From assembly GCA_963740085.1 (NCBI GenBank), contig CAVUCU010000001.1, positions 1,536,001 to 1,600,000 on the forward strand: a stretch of DNA of 64,000 bases, read 5' to 3'. This document shows, piece by piece, positions 9,839-21,128 of the stretch (position 1 is its first letter; the number at the start of each line of letters is the position of its first letter). The translations under genes and the position numbers were made by a program. This DNA comes from Nitrospirota bacterium (GTDB taxonomy: Bacteria > Nitrospirota > UBA9217). The notes beneath the pieces are model-generated. The model was not told the DNA's origin. It saw only the letters and a list, made by a program, of their open reading frames with translations, and did no database searches.

Positions 9839-10333
9839 TTACCCGAAGAGTTTGTCAATATCTTCGTCGGTGATCTCCGCGAAGGGAGAATCAGCTGCTT
9901 TGCCTGAACCTTTTTCCGTTTCCACTTTTAGAAGGAGTTGACCGAATATTTTTCCCAGGATCTCGGAGCTCTTCTTGACCCGGAGCCGAACAAGACCGAG
10001 GGATGACCGCTGGTCGAAGATCACCACCAGGATGACCCTCTGGCCGATGATGGAGATATGAATATTGTCCCGCGCACCTTCATGGAAAAGAATGGAGAAC
10101 TCCTTCTCGCCGAGAAGCTTTGCCATGCCGCCGGTTGCCGCTATGTTTCCGGCGGTAAGTGATGCGAGCGACGTGGTATCCAGGTTTTCGGTCTCGCCCG
10201 TGGCTGCTATCAGCTGGCCGTTCTTATCAACGAGGAACACAACCTTGGCATTTGCCTGGGCGATGAGGCGATGGAGTTCTGCGTCGATCAGCTTAAACTC
10301 TTCGTCGTACATCACCAAGTCTTGACCCAGCAT
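9839..10333 (-). CDS. mglB: MglB roadblock/LC7 protein (GAP for MglA)
   Basis: [55 protein letters not shown]; directly upstream of mglA. Confidence 0.95.
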   Translation of the reverse strand: MLGQDLVMYDEEFKLIDAELHRLIAQANAKVVFLVDKNGQLIAATGETENLDTTSLASLTAGNIAATGGMAKLLGEKEFSILFHEGARDNIHISIIGQRVILVVIFDQRSSLGLVRLRVKKSSEILGKIFGQLLLKVETEKGSGKAADSPFAEITDEDIDKLFG

Positions 10334-10500
10334 ATCCGCATCTCCTCGACAATAGTGCTGCCCCGCCTGCAAACGACGCACGTAAAACCATTAAACCATA
10401 CTCATGCCCAGATTTCAAGCGTTTTTTTGGCCGAACAGAAAGTAAAATAGCCGGGTGTGCATCTCCCCGGCTCCGATCTTTACGCTGAACAATATAATCG

Positions 10501-11457
10501 TCAGCTCTTGGACATATCCTGGAGCTTCTTAAGGCTCTCCCAGTCATCGTCAACAATCTTTTGGAACTTTGCGAGCAATGCCTCGTTCCCCGGCGCGAAC
10601 AGGTGCTTGAACCTGCCCTGGGGCTTGAGCCACTCGGAAATCGGCTTTTTCCTGTCCTTTGGGTCGTAGTTGATGGTCCATTTTCCGTCCTGGACTTCGT
10701 ACAGCGGCCAGTAGCAGGTCTCGACCGCAAGCCGCGAGAGCAGGATCGAATCGTTCGTCTGGGAACGCCAGCCGCGGTTGCACGGAGAGACAATGCCCAT
10801 GTAAGCCGGTCCGTTCGTGGCAAGCGCCTTTTTAACCTTGGTCATGAGATCTTTCCAGTTGTGGGGAGAGGCCTGGGCCGCATAGGAGACATTGTGCGCC
10901 GCCATGATGCGGGTAAGGTCCTTGCGCCGCTGAGTTTTGCCCTTGACCTGGGAGCCCACTGGTTGAGTCGTCGTGTCCGCGCAAAAGGGCGTGGCGCTCG
11001 ACCGCTGAATGCCTGTGTTCATATACGCGCCGTTATCGTAGCAGATGTAGAGCAACTGGTGACCGCGCTCCATGGCGCCTGAAAGAGCCTGGAACCCGAT
11101 ATCATAGGTGCCGCCGTCGCCGCCGAAGGCGATGAACTTCATCTCCTTCTTGAGCTTCCCCTGCTTCCGGAGCGACCGGTACATGGTCTCGATGCCGGAG
11201 GCCGTGGCAGCCGCATTCTCAAAAGCACTGTGCATCCATGGCACCTGCCAGGCAGTGAAGGGAAAGAGGCATGTTGAGACCTCAAGACAGCCTGTTGCGT
11301 TCGCGATCACCACTGGCTCGTCGATGGCCATGAGGACCTGGCGCACGACGGTCGGCGCGCCGCAGCCCGAGCACATGCGGTGCCCGCCGGTAAGGTGAAC
11401 CGGCTTGTGAGTAAGGGATTTCAGGGTCAGGGGTTTTTCTTGCGTGGGTGCGCTCAT
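10501..11457 (-). CDS. porB: pyruvate:ferredoxin oxidoreductase beta subunit
   Basis: GHRMCSGCG, ATGCLEV, GGDGGTYDIG, YDN..YMNTGIQRS TPP-binding motifs. Confidence 0.9.
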   Translation of the reverse strand: MSAPTQEKPLTLKSLTHKPVHLTGGHRMCSGCGAPTVVRQVLMAIDEPVVIANATGCLEVSTCLFPFTAWQVPWMHSAFENAAATASGIETMYRSLRKQGKLKKEMKFIAFGGDGGTYDIGFQALSGAMERGHQLLYICYDNGAYMNTGIQRSSATPFCADTTTQPVGSQVKGKTQRRKDLTRIMAAHNVSYAAQASPHNWKDLMTKVKKALATNGPAYMGIVSPCNRGWRSQTNDSILLSRLAVETCYWPLYEVQDGKWTINYDPKDRKKPISEWLKPQGRFKHLFAPGNEALLAKFQKIVDDDWESLKKLQDMSKS

Positions 11458-11475
11458 AAGCTCTCCTTTGGAGAG

Positions 11476-11588
11476 AAATCCTAAATTATAATATCTAAAT
11501 CCGAAACGATCTCAAATGTCAAATGTTTGAAATTTGTGATCTGGTGATCCGATATTATTTCGTATTCAGGATTTCGAGTTTAGAATTT
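11476..11588. repeat. 7-mer-periodic palindromic intergenic element
   Basis: Left arm AAATCCT/AAATTAT/AATATCT/AAATCCG; right arm AGGATTT/CGAGTTT/AGAATTT. Confidence 0.65.
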
Positions 11589-11590
11589 GT

Positions 11591-12781
11591 TCAGTTCCTC
11601 ACCGTGATGTATTCTTTGATCATCTTGACCTTGCCGGTCTTAGCAACTTCGATGGTCTCGTCGATCACCCGGTCCACGTCGAGCGGCATCAGGTCCCTGC
11701 CGCCGAGCCCGTATATCTTGTTGAACATCCGCGGTCCCTGGCCAAAGGGGTACACTGCCGATGCGATCTCCATGAAGAGCGGTCCGTAGCCGCCGAAGGA
11801 ATCCGCCCGGTCCATGACGCAGACGGCCTTTGCGTTCTTGAGCGCGGCGCCAACTTCCGCTGACGGGAAAGGCCTGAACATGCGCGGCTTCAGCAATCCA
11901 GCCTTCACGCCTTTTTCCCGATAATGATCAACCTCATCCTTGATCGTTCCCGCGGCGGAGTTAAGCGCCACGAGGACGACCTCGGCATCTTCAAGCCGGT
12001 ACGATTCGAACAGCTCATACGTGCGGCCGAAAAGCTTGGCGAACTCATGAGACACATCCTGAATTACCTTCTTTGCATTCACCATGGCCTCATGCTGAGC
12101 GCGCTTGTGCTCCATGTAATAATCCGTAAGCACCAATGCGCCGATGCTCTTGGGATTGTCAACATCCAGAAGCGGGTCGATCGCGATGTAGTCGCCTGCA
12201 AACTTTTTTACTTCCTCATCAGGAATGAACTTCATGCTCTCGATCGAATGGCTGGTGATAAAGCCGTCCATGCAGACCATGATCGGCAGCCGCACGTCCT
12301 TGTGCTCGGCAATGCGGTAAGCCATGATCGTGTTATCGTAAGCCTCCTGGGCGGTCTCGGAGTAGAGCTGGATCCATCCTGTATCGCGGGCGCCCATGCC
12401 GTCGGAGTGGTCGCAGTGTATATTGAGGGGGGCGGACAGCGCCCGGTTCACGAGCGCCATCAGTATCGGCAACCGGTAGCCCGCAGCGATATGGAGCATT
12501 TCCCACATGAGTGCCATTCCCTGAGAGCTGGTGGCCGTTGCTACGCGTCCACCCGCGGCCGCGGCGCCGATGCAGGCGCTCATGGCGCTGTGCTCGCTCT
12601 CAACAAGGATCGTCTCGGTGTCCACCTGGCCGTTCGATACGAACGACGTGAACGATTCCATGATGCCCGTCGACGGAGTAATGGGATACGCGGGCATCAC
12701 ATCAGGATTCAACTGGCGAAGCGCCTCGGCAACGGCCTGGTTGCCGGTGACCGCCACGGTCTTTGTCGTTGTCACGCCCAT
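11591..12781 (-). CDS. porA: pyruvate:ferredoxin oxidoreductase alpha subunit
   Basis: AYPITPST, ESEHSAMS, TATSSQG, NRALSAP.NIHCDHSD, FRPFP, YGLGGRD. Confidence 0.9.
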   Translation of the reverse strand: MGVTTTKTVAVTGNQAVAEALRQLNPDVMPAYPITPSTGIMESFTSFVSNGQVDTETILVESEHSAMSACIGAAAAGGRVATATSSQGMALMWEMLHIAAGYRLPILMALVNRALSAPLNIHCDHSDGMGARDTGWIQLYSETAQEAYDNTIMAYRIAEHKDVRLPIMVCMDGFITSHSIESMKFIPDEEVKKFAGDYIAIDPLLDVDNPKSIGALVLTDYYMEHKRAQHEAMVNAKKVIQDVSHEFAKLFGRTYELFESYRLEDAEVVLVALNSAAGTIKDEVDHYREKGVKAGLLKPRMFRPFPSAEVGAALKNAKAVCVMDRADSFGGYGPLFMEIASAVYPFGQGPRMFNKIYGLGGRDLMPLDVDRVIDETIEVAKTGKVKMIKEYITVRN

Positions 12782-12782
12782 C

Positions 12783-13076
12783 TTATTTTCCCTCCTCTTC
12801 CATGACAATGGCCTTGTTGCCCTTTTTGCCGGGGCACTCCATAGCGCATACGCCGCAGCCCTTGCAGTGGTCGTAATCGAAACCAGCCATTTTTTCATCC
12901 TTCGTCAACACGGCTGAATCGGGACAATAGATCCAGCAAAACAGGCACTGAATGCAGTTCTCCTCGATCCAGCGCGGCTTGAGCGATCGCCACGATCCGG
13001 TCTTGTATTCATTCGCATTGCCGGCCTTCAGCACCGTGCCGGCATGAGGCAGTTCTTTCCAGTTCAGCTGTTTCAT
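12783..13076 (-). CDS. porD: pyruvate:ferredoxin oxidoreductase delta subunit (2x[4Fe-4S])
   Basis: KTGSWR..KP, CIQCLFCWIYCP and CKGCGVCAMECP. Confidence 0.9.
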   Translation of the reverse strand: MKQLNWKELPHAGTVLKAGNANEYKTGSWRSLKPRWIEENCIQCLFCWIYCPDSAVLTKDEKMAGFDYDHCKGCGVCAMECPGKKGNKAIVMEEEGK

Positions 13077-13648
13077 CCCTCTTGTACCTCCTCGTATCCG
13101 CGCTTCACCGCGGCGAGATTTCCATCAATGATCTTCTGCGCAAACTTCTTTCCAAAGCTGCCCTTCACATCATCGAGCAGGACGTCCATGGTTACGATGC
13201 TCGTGGCCTTGTTCAACGCGCCGAGCATGCACGAGTTCGGCATTGGCCTGCCGATGGTCTCGACCGCGATCTTGGACGCGTCAACGGTGAAGACCTTCTG
13301 CGTCGGTTTGGCTTTCAGTTTCGCCCGCACCTCTTTCGGGTCCTTGCCCGTGTTGATGATGAATATGGCATTGTCCGTCGCGCCTTCGGCAACATTGATC
13401 GCGTCGAGGAGCGTTGCGTCCACCACAGCAACCACGCCCGGATTCAGCACCGGGCAGTGCATCCGGAGTATCTTCTCGCTGATCCTGTTGTAGGCTTTCA
13501 GCGGCGCACCGGCGCGCTCCGGTCCGTATTCCGGGAAGGCCTGGACGTTGCGGCCACCGCTCAAACATGCATCGGCGAGCACCTTTGCTGCGGTCACGGT
13601 ACCTTGACCGCCCCGGCCGTGCCATCGTATCTCTATCATTTCTGCCAT
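13073..13648 (-). CDS. porG: pyruvate:ferredoxin oxidoreductase gamma subunit
   Basis: EIRWHGRGGQG.VT, QAFPEYGPER.GAP, PN..MLGA. Confidence 0.9.
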   Translation of the reverse strand: MAEMIEIRWHGRGGQGTVTAAKVLADACLSGGRNVQAFPEYGPERAGAPLKAYNRISEKILRMHCPVLNPGVVAVVDATLLDAINVAEGATDNAIFIINTGKDPKEVRAKLKAKPTQKVFTVDASKIAVETIGRPMPNSCMLGALNKATSIVTMDVLLDDVKGSFGKKFAQKIIDGNLAAVKRGYEEVQEG

Positions 13649-13673
13649 AGCTTTAACCTCCACAAAAAGAATA

Positions 13674-13807
13674 CAAATCCGAAATTCTAATATCTAAATT
13701 CGGAATAAATACAAATAACCGATTATCGAAACTCAAACTGGTTTGGAATCGTCGCTACGTTGAATTTTGATATTGTTTCGGATTTAGATATTCGTGCTTC
13801 GTGCTTT
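13674..13807. repeat. 7-mer-periodic palindromic intergenic element
   Basis: AAATCCG/AAATTCT/AATATCT/AAATTCG ... CGGATTT/AGATATT/CGTGCTT/CGTGCTT. Confidence 0.65.
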
Positions 13808-13810
13808 CCC

Positions 13811-14413
13811 TTACATTTCCCGCCGGCCTTCAAGCGCCCGCAGGACCGTATTCTCGTCCGCATACTCGATGTCCCCGCCCACCGGAAGGCCGTAGGCGAT
13901 GCGGCTGACGCCGATACCGAGGGGCTTGATCAACTTCGAAAGGTAGAGGGCCGTGGTCTCGCCCTTTACCGTGGGGTTCGTCGCGATGATGACTTCTTTG
14001 ACCGCACCGTTCTTAAGCCGGTCCATCAGGCCGTCGATCTTGAGGTCTTCCGGACCGATCCCGTCGAGCGGAGAGAGAGCGCCCATCAGTGCATGATAAC
14101 GGCCCCGGAAAATGCCGCTCTTTTCGAGGACCAGGATGTTGCTCGGCTCCTCCACCACACAGATGCGGGAGCTGTCTCGTCTCTCGTCGCGGCAAACGAC
14201 GCAGATTTCATCCTCGGTGATATTATTACAAACCGTGCAATAGCGACTGTTGTTCTTGAGGTCCAGGATGGCCTGCGCGATCCGCATGGCCTCTTCCCGC
14301 GGCATGCCGAGCACGGCGAAGGCGAGACGTTCGGCGCTCTTTCTGCCGATGCCGGGGAGCATCATGAACGCTTCGACCATCCTGCCGAGCGTCTTGCCGG
14401 ACACCTCGGCCAC
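13811..14413 (-). CDS. recR: recombination mediator RecR
   Basis: LPGIG.KSA.RLA, C..C.N......C..C zinc finger, ICVVE, LSPLDGIGP, EVIIATNP; likely GTG start at 14413 (ORF open to 14482). Confidence 0.95.
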   Translation of the reverse strand: MAEVSGKTLGRMVEAFMMLPGIGRKSAERLAFAVLGMPREEAMRIAQAILDLKNNSRYCTVCNNITEDEICVVCRDERRDSSRICVVEEPSNILVLEKSGIFRGRYHALMGALSPLDGIGPEDLKIDGLMDRLKNGAVKEVIIATNPTVKGETTALYLSKLIKPLGIGVSRIAYGLPVGGDIEYADENTVLRALEGRREM

Positions 14414-14568
14414 CTGTGCGCCGGCCTTCCCCTGCCGCCTTGCGACCGAGAGGACCTGAGACGTTATCCCGTGTTCTTTCACCGTCGCCTTTACCCTGTA
14501 TCATGATCAATTGCGGCTTGCTGCGGAATGAATAAAAATCAGAAATCGACGATCCTGAACCGCAATCT

Positions 14569-14889
14569 CTATATCAGCCCCGGCGGGAGCCCCATGCCGG
14601 AGGTGAGCTTCGCCATCTCATCCTTCATCAGGTCCTGTGACTTTCGAAGCGCCTCGTTCACCGCGGCCGTAACCAGGTCCTGAAGCATATCAATGTCTTT
14701 CGGGTCAACCACCGAGGGGTCTATCTTGATCGAAAGAACTTCCTGACGTCCGTTCGCGGCCACGGTTACCATGCCGCCGCCCGAGGATGCCTCCACGGTC
14801 TTGCCCGCCGCCTCTTCCTGGAGCTTTTTTACACGCTCCTGCATCTGCTGGGCCTGCTTCATGAGATTTCCGATGATGTTTTTTGACAT
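14569..14889 (-). CDS. ybaB: YbaB/EbfC nucleoid-associated protein
   Basis: MKQAQQMQ, SGGGMVTV..NG, D.DMLQDL..AA.NEA; between dnaX and recR. Confidence 0.95.
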   Translation of the reverse strand: MSKNIIGNLMKQAQQMQERVKKLQEEAAGKTVEASSGGGMVTVAANGRQEVLSIKIDPSVVDPKDIDMLQDLVTAAVNEALRKSQDLMKDEMAKLTSGMGLPPGLI

Positions 14890-15142
14890 TGAGCGCCTTT
14901 TGGGTTCCTAAAAATGATGAATCGGGTAAACCCCTTTTGAGAACGGGTTCTTCGACGTTGCGTTGTGCTGCAATCCGTTGATATATGATGCCAATCACGC
15001 CATGGCGTGACGACCTTCTTTACCGGGATAATAGGAAGAACATAATAAAAGAATTATTACGGTTTTGCAACTAAAATTGCGAGGTTAATGATTATATAAA
15101 AAAAATAAATGTGTGGCCGGGGTAAGTGGTGGTCCTTCTTCT

Positions 15143-16780
15143 TCACTCGCGGAAATGGTCCTGGTCGATCACCTCGCCCTCTGTGAAGACCTTGAGCACC
15201 TCCTGCACTGCCGGATCCTGATCGTCAGGTCTGCCTTTTTTCTGCGTTGTTTTTGTGCCAGGCTGCAACGTTGCCGGGAGAAGGCGGAACTTTACGCTCA
15301 ATTTTTTGTCCAGGATTCCGGCGGAGATCTCTTCGATCAGGATCCGGTTCTCCGGTTTTTCAACGAGCGCCATCTGAAAACCATTGCCCTGCACGCCGAC
15401 AATGATCTGGTTCTCCGTCATCTCGAGAAGCCTGCTGTGCCTCAGCGCCGAGGCAAGCCCAGGTTTTTTCGATCCCAGAACTGTCATAATGCTGCCCCAG
15501 ATGTCACCCTGTTCACCCTCCGCTCGCGCTGCAGGCTGCGCAGAGGCCGCCAGCGGCTTCGCCCGGTATTCCGCAGGCCGCTCGCTGACTCGATGTGCGG
15601 CGGATACTGCCGGCGGTTCCGGTATTCTGCCTGAGGCAAGCCGCGCTTCAAGCTCCTTCATCCTCCCGAGCACTTCACCCAGGGGCTCGAGCGGTGCGAG
15701 ACTGCATGCTTTTATAAGACCGATCTCGATCGTAAAGCGCTGGTGGGGCGACCAGCGCATGTCCTCAAGGGTCCTGGACAGGCTGTCGAAGAGCATCAGA
15801 AGGTTCTCTGATTCAGCGTCCCCGGCCTGCTGTTTGATCGCCTCAAGGTCCGCGGCAGGAAGCTCAACGATCCGCCCGGGATCGGTCGCGATCTTCACGA
15901 TCATGAGGTTCCTCAGGTGCTCAACAACGCCCGCCAGGAATTGGCGCATGTCCTGCCCCTGCTCCAGCAAGGCATCCACCTGTTTGAGCAGTCCCGCGGC
16001 GTCCCGTGATAAGAGTCCTGATGTGAATTGTAAAAGAGATGCCTGCGCAACGGAACCAAGGATGGCCTGAAGGTCTTCGTCCCGGATCTCCATGCCGCTA
16101 TACGAAACCGCCTGGTCCAGGAGGCTTTGCGAATCCCGCATGCTTCCTTCAGCGGCCCGGGCGATCAAGGCAAGCCCCTGGTCGGTTATGGTGATTCCCT
16201 CGGCAGTGGCGATCTTGCGGAGACGCTCGATGATGTCGTGGAGCGCGACCCGCTTGAAACCGTAGCGTTGACATCGGGAATGGATCGTCGCGGGAATCTT
16301 CTGGGGTTCCGTGGTCGCAAAGATAAAGAGGACGTGGGGCGGCGGCTCTTCGAGGGTCTTGAGCAGCGCATTAAAGGCCTCGTTCGTGAGCATATGGACC
16401 TCGTCGATCACGTAGACCTTGTACTTGCCGGCCACGGGCGCGTATTTTACGGCCTCACGCAGCTCGCGAATATTTTCTATGCCCCGGTTTGATGCCCCGT
16501 CGATCTCAATGACGTCTACGGAGGTGCCGGCTGTGGTCTCCAGACACGAATCACACTTGCCGCAGGGGGTCGGGGTCGGCCCTTCAATGCAGTTCAGCGC
16601 CTTGGCAAGGATGCGTGCTGTCGTCGTCTTGCCCACACCACGCGGCCCCGAGAACAGGAAGGCATGGGCCAACCGGTTGGTGACAATGGCGTTCTGGAGC
16701 GTCCGCGTGATGTGTGTCTGACCCACCACGTCATCAAATACCTGCGGCCTCCATTTTCTTGCCAGAACCTGGTAGCTCAT
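15143..16780 (-). CDS. dnaX: DNA polymerase III subunit gamma/tau
   Basis: MSYQVLARKWRPQ, GPRGVGKTT, EIDGASN, IDEVHML, SRCQ. Confidence 0.97.
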   Translation of the reverse strand: MSYQVLARKWRPQVFDDVVGQTHITRTLQNAIVTNRLAHAFLFSGPRGVGKTTTARILAKALNCIEGPTPTPCGKCDSCLETTAGTSVDVIEIDGASNRGIENIRELREAVKYAPVAGKYKVYVIDEVHMLTNEAFNALLKTLEEPPPHVLFIFATTEPQKIPATIHSRCQRYGFKRVALHDIIERLRKIATAEGITITDQGLALIARAAEGSMRDSQSLLDQAVSYSGMEIRDEDLQAILGSVAQASLLQFTSGLLSRDAAGLLKQVDALLEQGQDMRQFLAGVVEHLRNLMIVKIATDPGRIVELPAADLEAIKQQAGDAESENLLMLFDSLSRTLEDMRWSPHQRFTIEIGLIKACSLAPLEPLGEVLGRMKELEARLASGRIPEPPAVSAAHRVSERPAEYRAKPLAASAQPAARAEGEQGDIWGSIMTVLGSKKPGLASALRHSRLLEMTENQIIVGVQGNGFQMALVEKPENRILIEEISAGILDKKLSVKFRLLPATLQPGTKTTQKKGRPDDQDPAVQEVLKVFTEGEVIDQDHFRE

Positions 16781-16809
16781 AGAATCCTCGTCACGTCAAA
16801 AAAATAAAA

Positions 16810-16922
16810 GCTCACAAACCCGGGCTTCCCTGCGGCACACCCGGAACCCGTTTACCGCTGCTTCCTTCCGGACCTGACGGGGTTCACGGGACCGTGATTG
16901 CGCAGGACCCGGGCTCATGAGC
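16810..16922 (-). ncRNA. ffs: signal recognition particle RNA (4.5S)
   Basis: Minus strand contains the conserved TCAGGTCCGGAAGGAAGCAGC domain IV within a long hairpin; canonical position upstream of dnaX. Confidence 0.93.
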
Positions 16923-16930
16923 GCTACTTT

Positions 16931-17021
16931 ACGAGTCTTATGGGTCCATCGAGTTTATGGAGTCTAATGAGCGTTAATTCTTTTACTCGTCAGACCCGCC
17001 ACCCGTGAGACTCTTAAGACT
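16931..17021. repeat. 9-mer-periodic palindromic element, copy 1
   Basis: GAGTCTTAT/GGGTCCATC/GAGTTTATG/GAGTCTAAT ... ACTCGTCAG/ACCCGTGAG/ACTCTTAAG. Confidence 0.7.
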
Positions 17022-17031
17022 GGTTTCAATA

Positions 17032-17119
17032 TGGCGGAGAGGGTGGGGTTCGAACCCACGTTAAGTTTCCCTAAACACGCTTTCCAAGCGTGCGCCTTCA
17101 GCCGCTCGGCCACCTCTCC
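17032..17119 (-). tRNA. tRNA-Ser(GGA)
   Basis: GGAGAGGTGGCCGAGCGG...TTGGAAA loop, long variable arm, GTTCGAA, GCCA end. Confidence 0.95.
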
Positions 17120-17130
17120 GGTTTGCTTCA

Positions 17131-17228
17131 GTCTGTTGAGTCCATTGCGTTTATAGAGTCTAACGAGTTTTAATATCCTTTACTCGTCAGACTCACCACT
17201 CGCTAAGACTCTTCACTATCGAAAGATC
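17131..17228. repeat. 9-mer-periodic palindromic element, copy 2
   Basis: GTCTGTT/GAGTCCATT/GCGTTTATA/GAGTCTAAC ... ACTCGTCAGACTC...AAGACTC. Confidence 0.7.
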
Positions 17229-17229
17229 A

Positions 17230-17320
17230 TGGCGGAGAGGGGGGGATTTGAACCCCCGGTGGAGTTACCCCCACAACAGTTTTCGAGACTGCCGCCTTCA
17301 GCCAGCTCGGCCACCTCTCC
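17230..17320 (-). tRNA. tRNA-Ser(CGA)
   Basis: CTCGAAA anticodon loop, long variable arm, GTTCAAATC, GCCA end. Confidence 0.95.
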
Positions 17321-17330
17321 GGATTGCTGC

Positions 17331-17418
17331 GGTCTGTTGAGTCCATCGAGTGCGGAAGGTCTAAAGAGTTTCGATTCCCTTACTCTTCAGACCCTGAACG
17401 TATGAGACTCCTCAGACC
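17331..17418. repeat. 9-mer-periodic palindromic element, copy 3 (overlaps tadA stop)
   Basis: GTCTGTT/GAGTCCATC/GAGTGCGGA/AGGTCTAAA/GAGT ... ACTCTTCAGACC...GAGACTCCTCAGACC. Confidence 0.65.
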
Positions 17419-17885
17419 TTCTCTCGTCGTTTTTCAAAAAACCCGGAGAGCACCTGACGGCATTCGGCCTCGAGCACTTCCGGCATGATTCGGTACACAT
17501 GATTCAACCTGCTGTCACGCACCACATCATACACGGACCCGAGTGCGCCGGCCTTGCGGTCCCGGCAGCCGTAGACCAGTCTGTTGACCCGCGCGAGCAC
17601 CAACGCGCCCGCACACATGAGGCAGGGTTCGAGGGTCACATACAGTGTTGCGTCAGTAAGGCGCCACCGGCCAAGCCTCGTCGAGGCCTCGCGGAGAACG
17701 ATCAATTCTGCATGGGCCGTAGGATCCTGCCAGGTCTCGCGCATATTGTGCGCCCTTGCGATGACCTCGCCACCGAGAACGAGCACCGCGCCTACCGGGG
17801 TTTCACCGCACGCAGCGGCCTTTTCGGCCTCGGCCAGCGCCAGGCGCATAAAATCTTCGTCGGTCCTGTTCTCTGGTCGGTTCAT
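17412..17885 (-). CDS. tadA: tRNA adenosine(34) deaminase
   Basis: E.PVGA, DPTAHAE, LYVTLEPC.MC.GA, LNH motifs. Confidence 0.95.
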   Translation of the reverse strand: MNRPENRTDEDFMRLALAEAEKAAACGETPVGAVLVLGGEVIARAHNMRETWQDPTAHAELIVLREASTRLGRWRLTDATLYVTLEPCLMCAGALVLARVNRLVYGCRDRKAGALGSVYDVVRDSRLNHVYRIMPEVLEAECRQVLSGFFEKRREKV

Positions 17886-17897
17886 CTTTTTTTAATA

Positions 17898-17974
17898 TGG
17901 TGCGCCCAAGAGGATTCGAACCTCTGGCCTACGGATTCGTAGTCCGTTGCTCTATCCAGCTGAGCTATGGGCGC
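17898..17974 (-). tRNA. tRNA-Arg(ACG)
   Basis: GCGCCCATAGCTCAGCTGGATAGAGC...CTACGAA...GGTTCGAATCC...ACCA. Confidence 0.95.
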
Positions 17975-18039
17975 AAAATAGAGCGCACAGATGCAGGGCT
18001 GCATCTGTGGACCGTTTTGCCGGGTTGAGCCTGTCGCGA

Positions 18040-18552
18040 CTACTTCGAAACGCCACCCACGAGCCTGATCGCGAGCTTCTCGTGGGGAAACGGATGGACA
18101 TCAGGAAACTTGGAATAAAGCCAGCCTTTCCACTCCTGCTTGCCCGGCTCGGTCACCGCCACCTGCACTGCAGGATTGTTCGGTTTATCGGAAGCCGTGG
18201 TAATTTCCTTCTCGCCCATCTTGAATTCCGGCAGGAACGCAAGAACCTTGATCTTGACCTTCGTGTCCGGAACGGCCAGCTCAGACCCTACGGCCACGGT
18301 ATATTCTTTCGTGTGCTTCGCGACCTTGTCTTCGATAGCGAGCTTTACCGCTGGCCATTTCGCGGCTACTTCTTTCGGAACCGCGACGGTACGGTCTACC
18401 TTCGGCATGTCAGCCGGCATCCCGGAAGGCGGCATCCCTCCCTGCACGCCCGGATGCCCTGGCGGCAACTGCGGCTTCTCCTCTTTTTTCTTACAACCGG
18501 CGACTGAAAACACAAGACCACTGACCAGGATAATTGCTAGAAGCTTCTTCAT
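18040..18552 (-). CDS. lipoprotein, DUF2155-like
   Basis: Lipobox VAGC, LPPGHP motif, F.P.F.M...IT.AS..PNNPA, GWLY.KFPDVH.F.H. Confidence 0.6.
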   Translation of the reverse strand: MKKLLAIILVSGLVFSVAGCKKKEEKPQLPPGHPGVQGGMPPSGMPADMPKVDRTVAVPKEVAAKWPAVKLAIEDKVAKHTKEYTVAVGSELAVPDTKVKIKVLAFLPEFKMGEKEITTASDKPNNPAVQVAVTEPGKQEWKGWLYSKFPDVHPFPHEKLAIRLVGGVSK

Positions 18553-18642
18553 TGTACGTCCTCCTTCGCTGCTCTTTTTTAATATCACTTACAGGCACTA
18601 TGCCCACTATAGCGTTATGCGTAGTCACGGACAAGATGAAAA

Positions 18643-18732
18643 TGGCGGAGAGGCCGGGATTCGAACCCGGGGTGGAGTCACCCCCACAACTGCTTAGCAG
18701 GCAGCTGCCTTCAGCCGCTCGGCCACCTCTCC
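18643..18732 (-). tRNA. tRNA-Ser(GCT)
   Basis: CTGCTAA anticodon loop, long variable arm, GTTCGAATC, GCCA. Confidence 0.95.
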
Positions 18733-18742
18733 GGTTTGCAAC

Positions 18743-18846
18743 GGTCTATTGAGTCTATCGAGTTGATGGAGTCTTAGCGTCTTAGCGTTCTAAATCCTTT
18801 ACTCGTCAGACTCGCCACTCGTAAGACTCTTTACTATCGAAAGATC
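18743..18846. repeat. 9-mer-periodic palindromic element, copy 4
   Basis: GTCTATT/GAGTCTATC/GAGTTGATG/GAGTCTTAG ... ACTCGTCAGACTCGCCACTCGTAAGACTC; near-identical tail to copy 2. Confidence 0.7.
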
Positions 18847-18932
<86 letters not shown>

Positions 18933-18943
18933 GGTTGTGTTAA

Positions 18944-20309
<1,366 letters not shown>

Positions 20310-20336
20310 TTAAGCTAACATTCTCCTTGTACGTTG

Positions 20337-21128
20337 TCAATAACTTTTCTTAATGATCCTGGTTTCAAGCGCGCGGATCTTGATGTGGATGGCCTCCGGG
20401 TTTGTATACACGGGTTCGATTTCCTTGTAGAGCCTGAGCGCTTCGGCCAGATTGTCCTCTGCCTCGAAACAACCGGCAAGGGCGAACTTCGCTTTGATCG
20501 CAAGCTCCTTATCGGTTCCGCTCTCGAGCGTTTTCCGGTAAAACGACTCCGCGTTTTTCAGATCGCCCTTCGCAAAGGCGGCAGTCCCGAGCCGATAGTT
20601 GGCCATCCGTGACTGCGACCCGTTCGGGAATTCCGTCACCTGCCTCATCCAGACATCCCGGGCCTCGTCCCGCTTGCCGAGACGGAACAGGTTGTCAGCG
20701 AGACTATACAGGCTTTTTTCCTTTACCTCGCGGTTCGAATATTCGGCGGCCCTGCGGTATTCTACCGCGGCGCGTTCGTAATCGCTGTACCCGAGTTCGT
20801 AGATCTGGGCAATATACCATTGGGCAGCGGGCGCCATGTCCCGATGAGGATACTGCTTCAAGAGCAGTCTAAATGTCTGGAGCGACTTCTCTGTTTCACC
20901 AAGATAGAGAAACTGCGTTACCCCGGCCCAGTAAAGCGCGTCGTCCGCCCGCGAGCTGGAGGGGTGCTCCTTAACGAGGGCAAAATACAACTTGACCGCA
21001 TTCTGGTAGTCGCCTGCGTTCCAGGATTTGGTCGCCGCCTCAAACTCGTTCTGCGCGGACTTATCAAAAACATCGCATCCGGCCAGCAAGAACATCCCGA
21101 GCAGAAGAACAATCAAACCCTTTTTCAT
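20337..21128 (-). CDS. TPR lipoprotein (BamD/CpoB-like)
   Basis: Lipobox LAGC, repeated helical TPR-like units (YP....A..A.Y). Confidence 0.7.
   Translation of the reverse strand: MKKGLIVLLLGMFLLAGCDVFDKSAQNEFEAATKSWNAGDYQNAVKLYFALVKEHPSSSRADDALYWAGVTQFLYLGETEKSLQTFRLLLKQYPHRDMAPAAQWYIAQIYELGYSDYERAAVEYRRAAEYSNREVKEKSLYSLADNLFRLGKRDEARDVWMRQVTEFPNGSQSRMANYRLGTAAFAKGDLKNAESFYRKTLESGTDKELAIKAKFALAGCFEAEDNLAEALRLYKEIEPVYTNPEAIHIKIRALETRIIKKSY

Noticed and set aside
14414-14482. N-terminal extension of RecR (also long starts given for porA, mglB, ppaC, pycA, hinT)
   Set aside because: Artefacts of longest-ORF calling; downstream starts match family length and RBS position.
15230-15245. AAAAAAG run in dnaX as a programmed -1 frameshift site
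   Set aside because: About 30 codons from the end, not in the A-AAA-AAG phase, and no obvious stimulatory hairpin.
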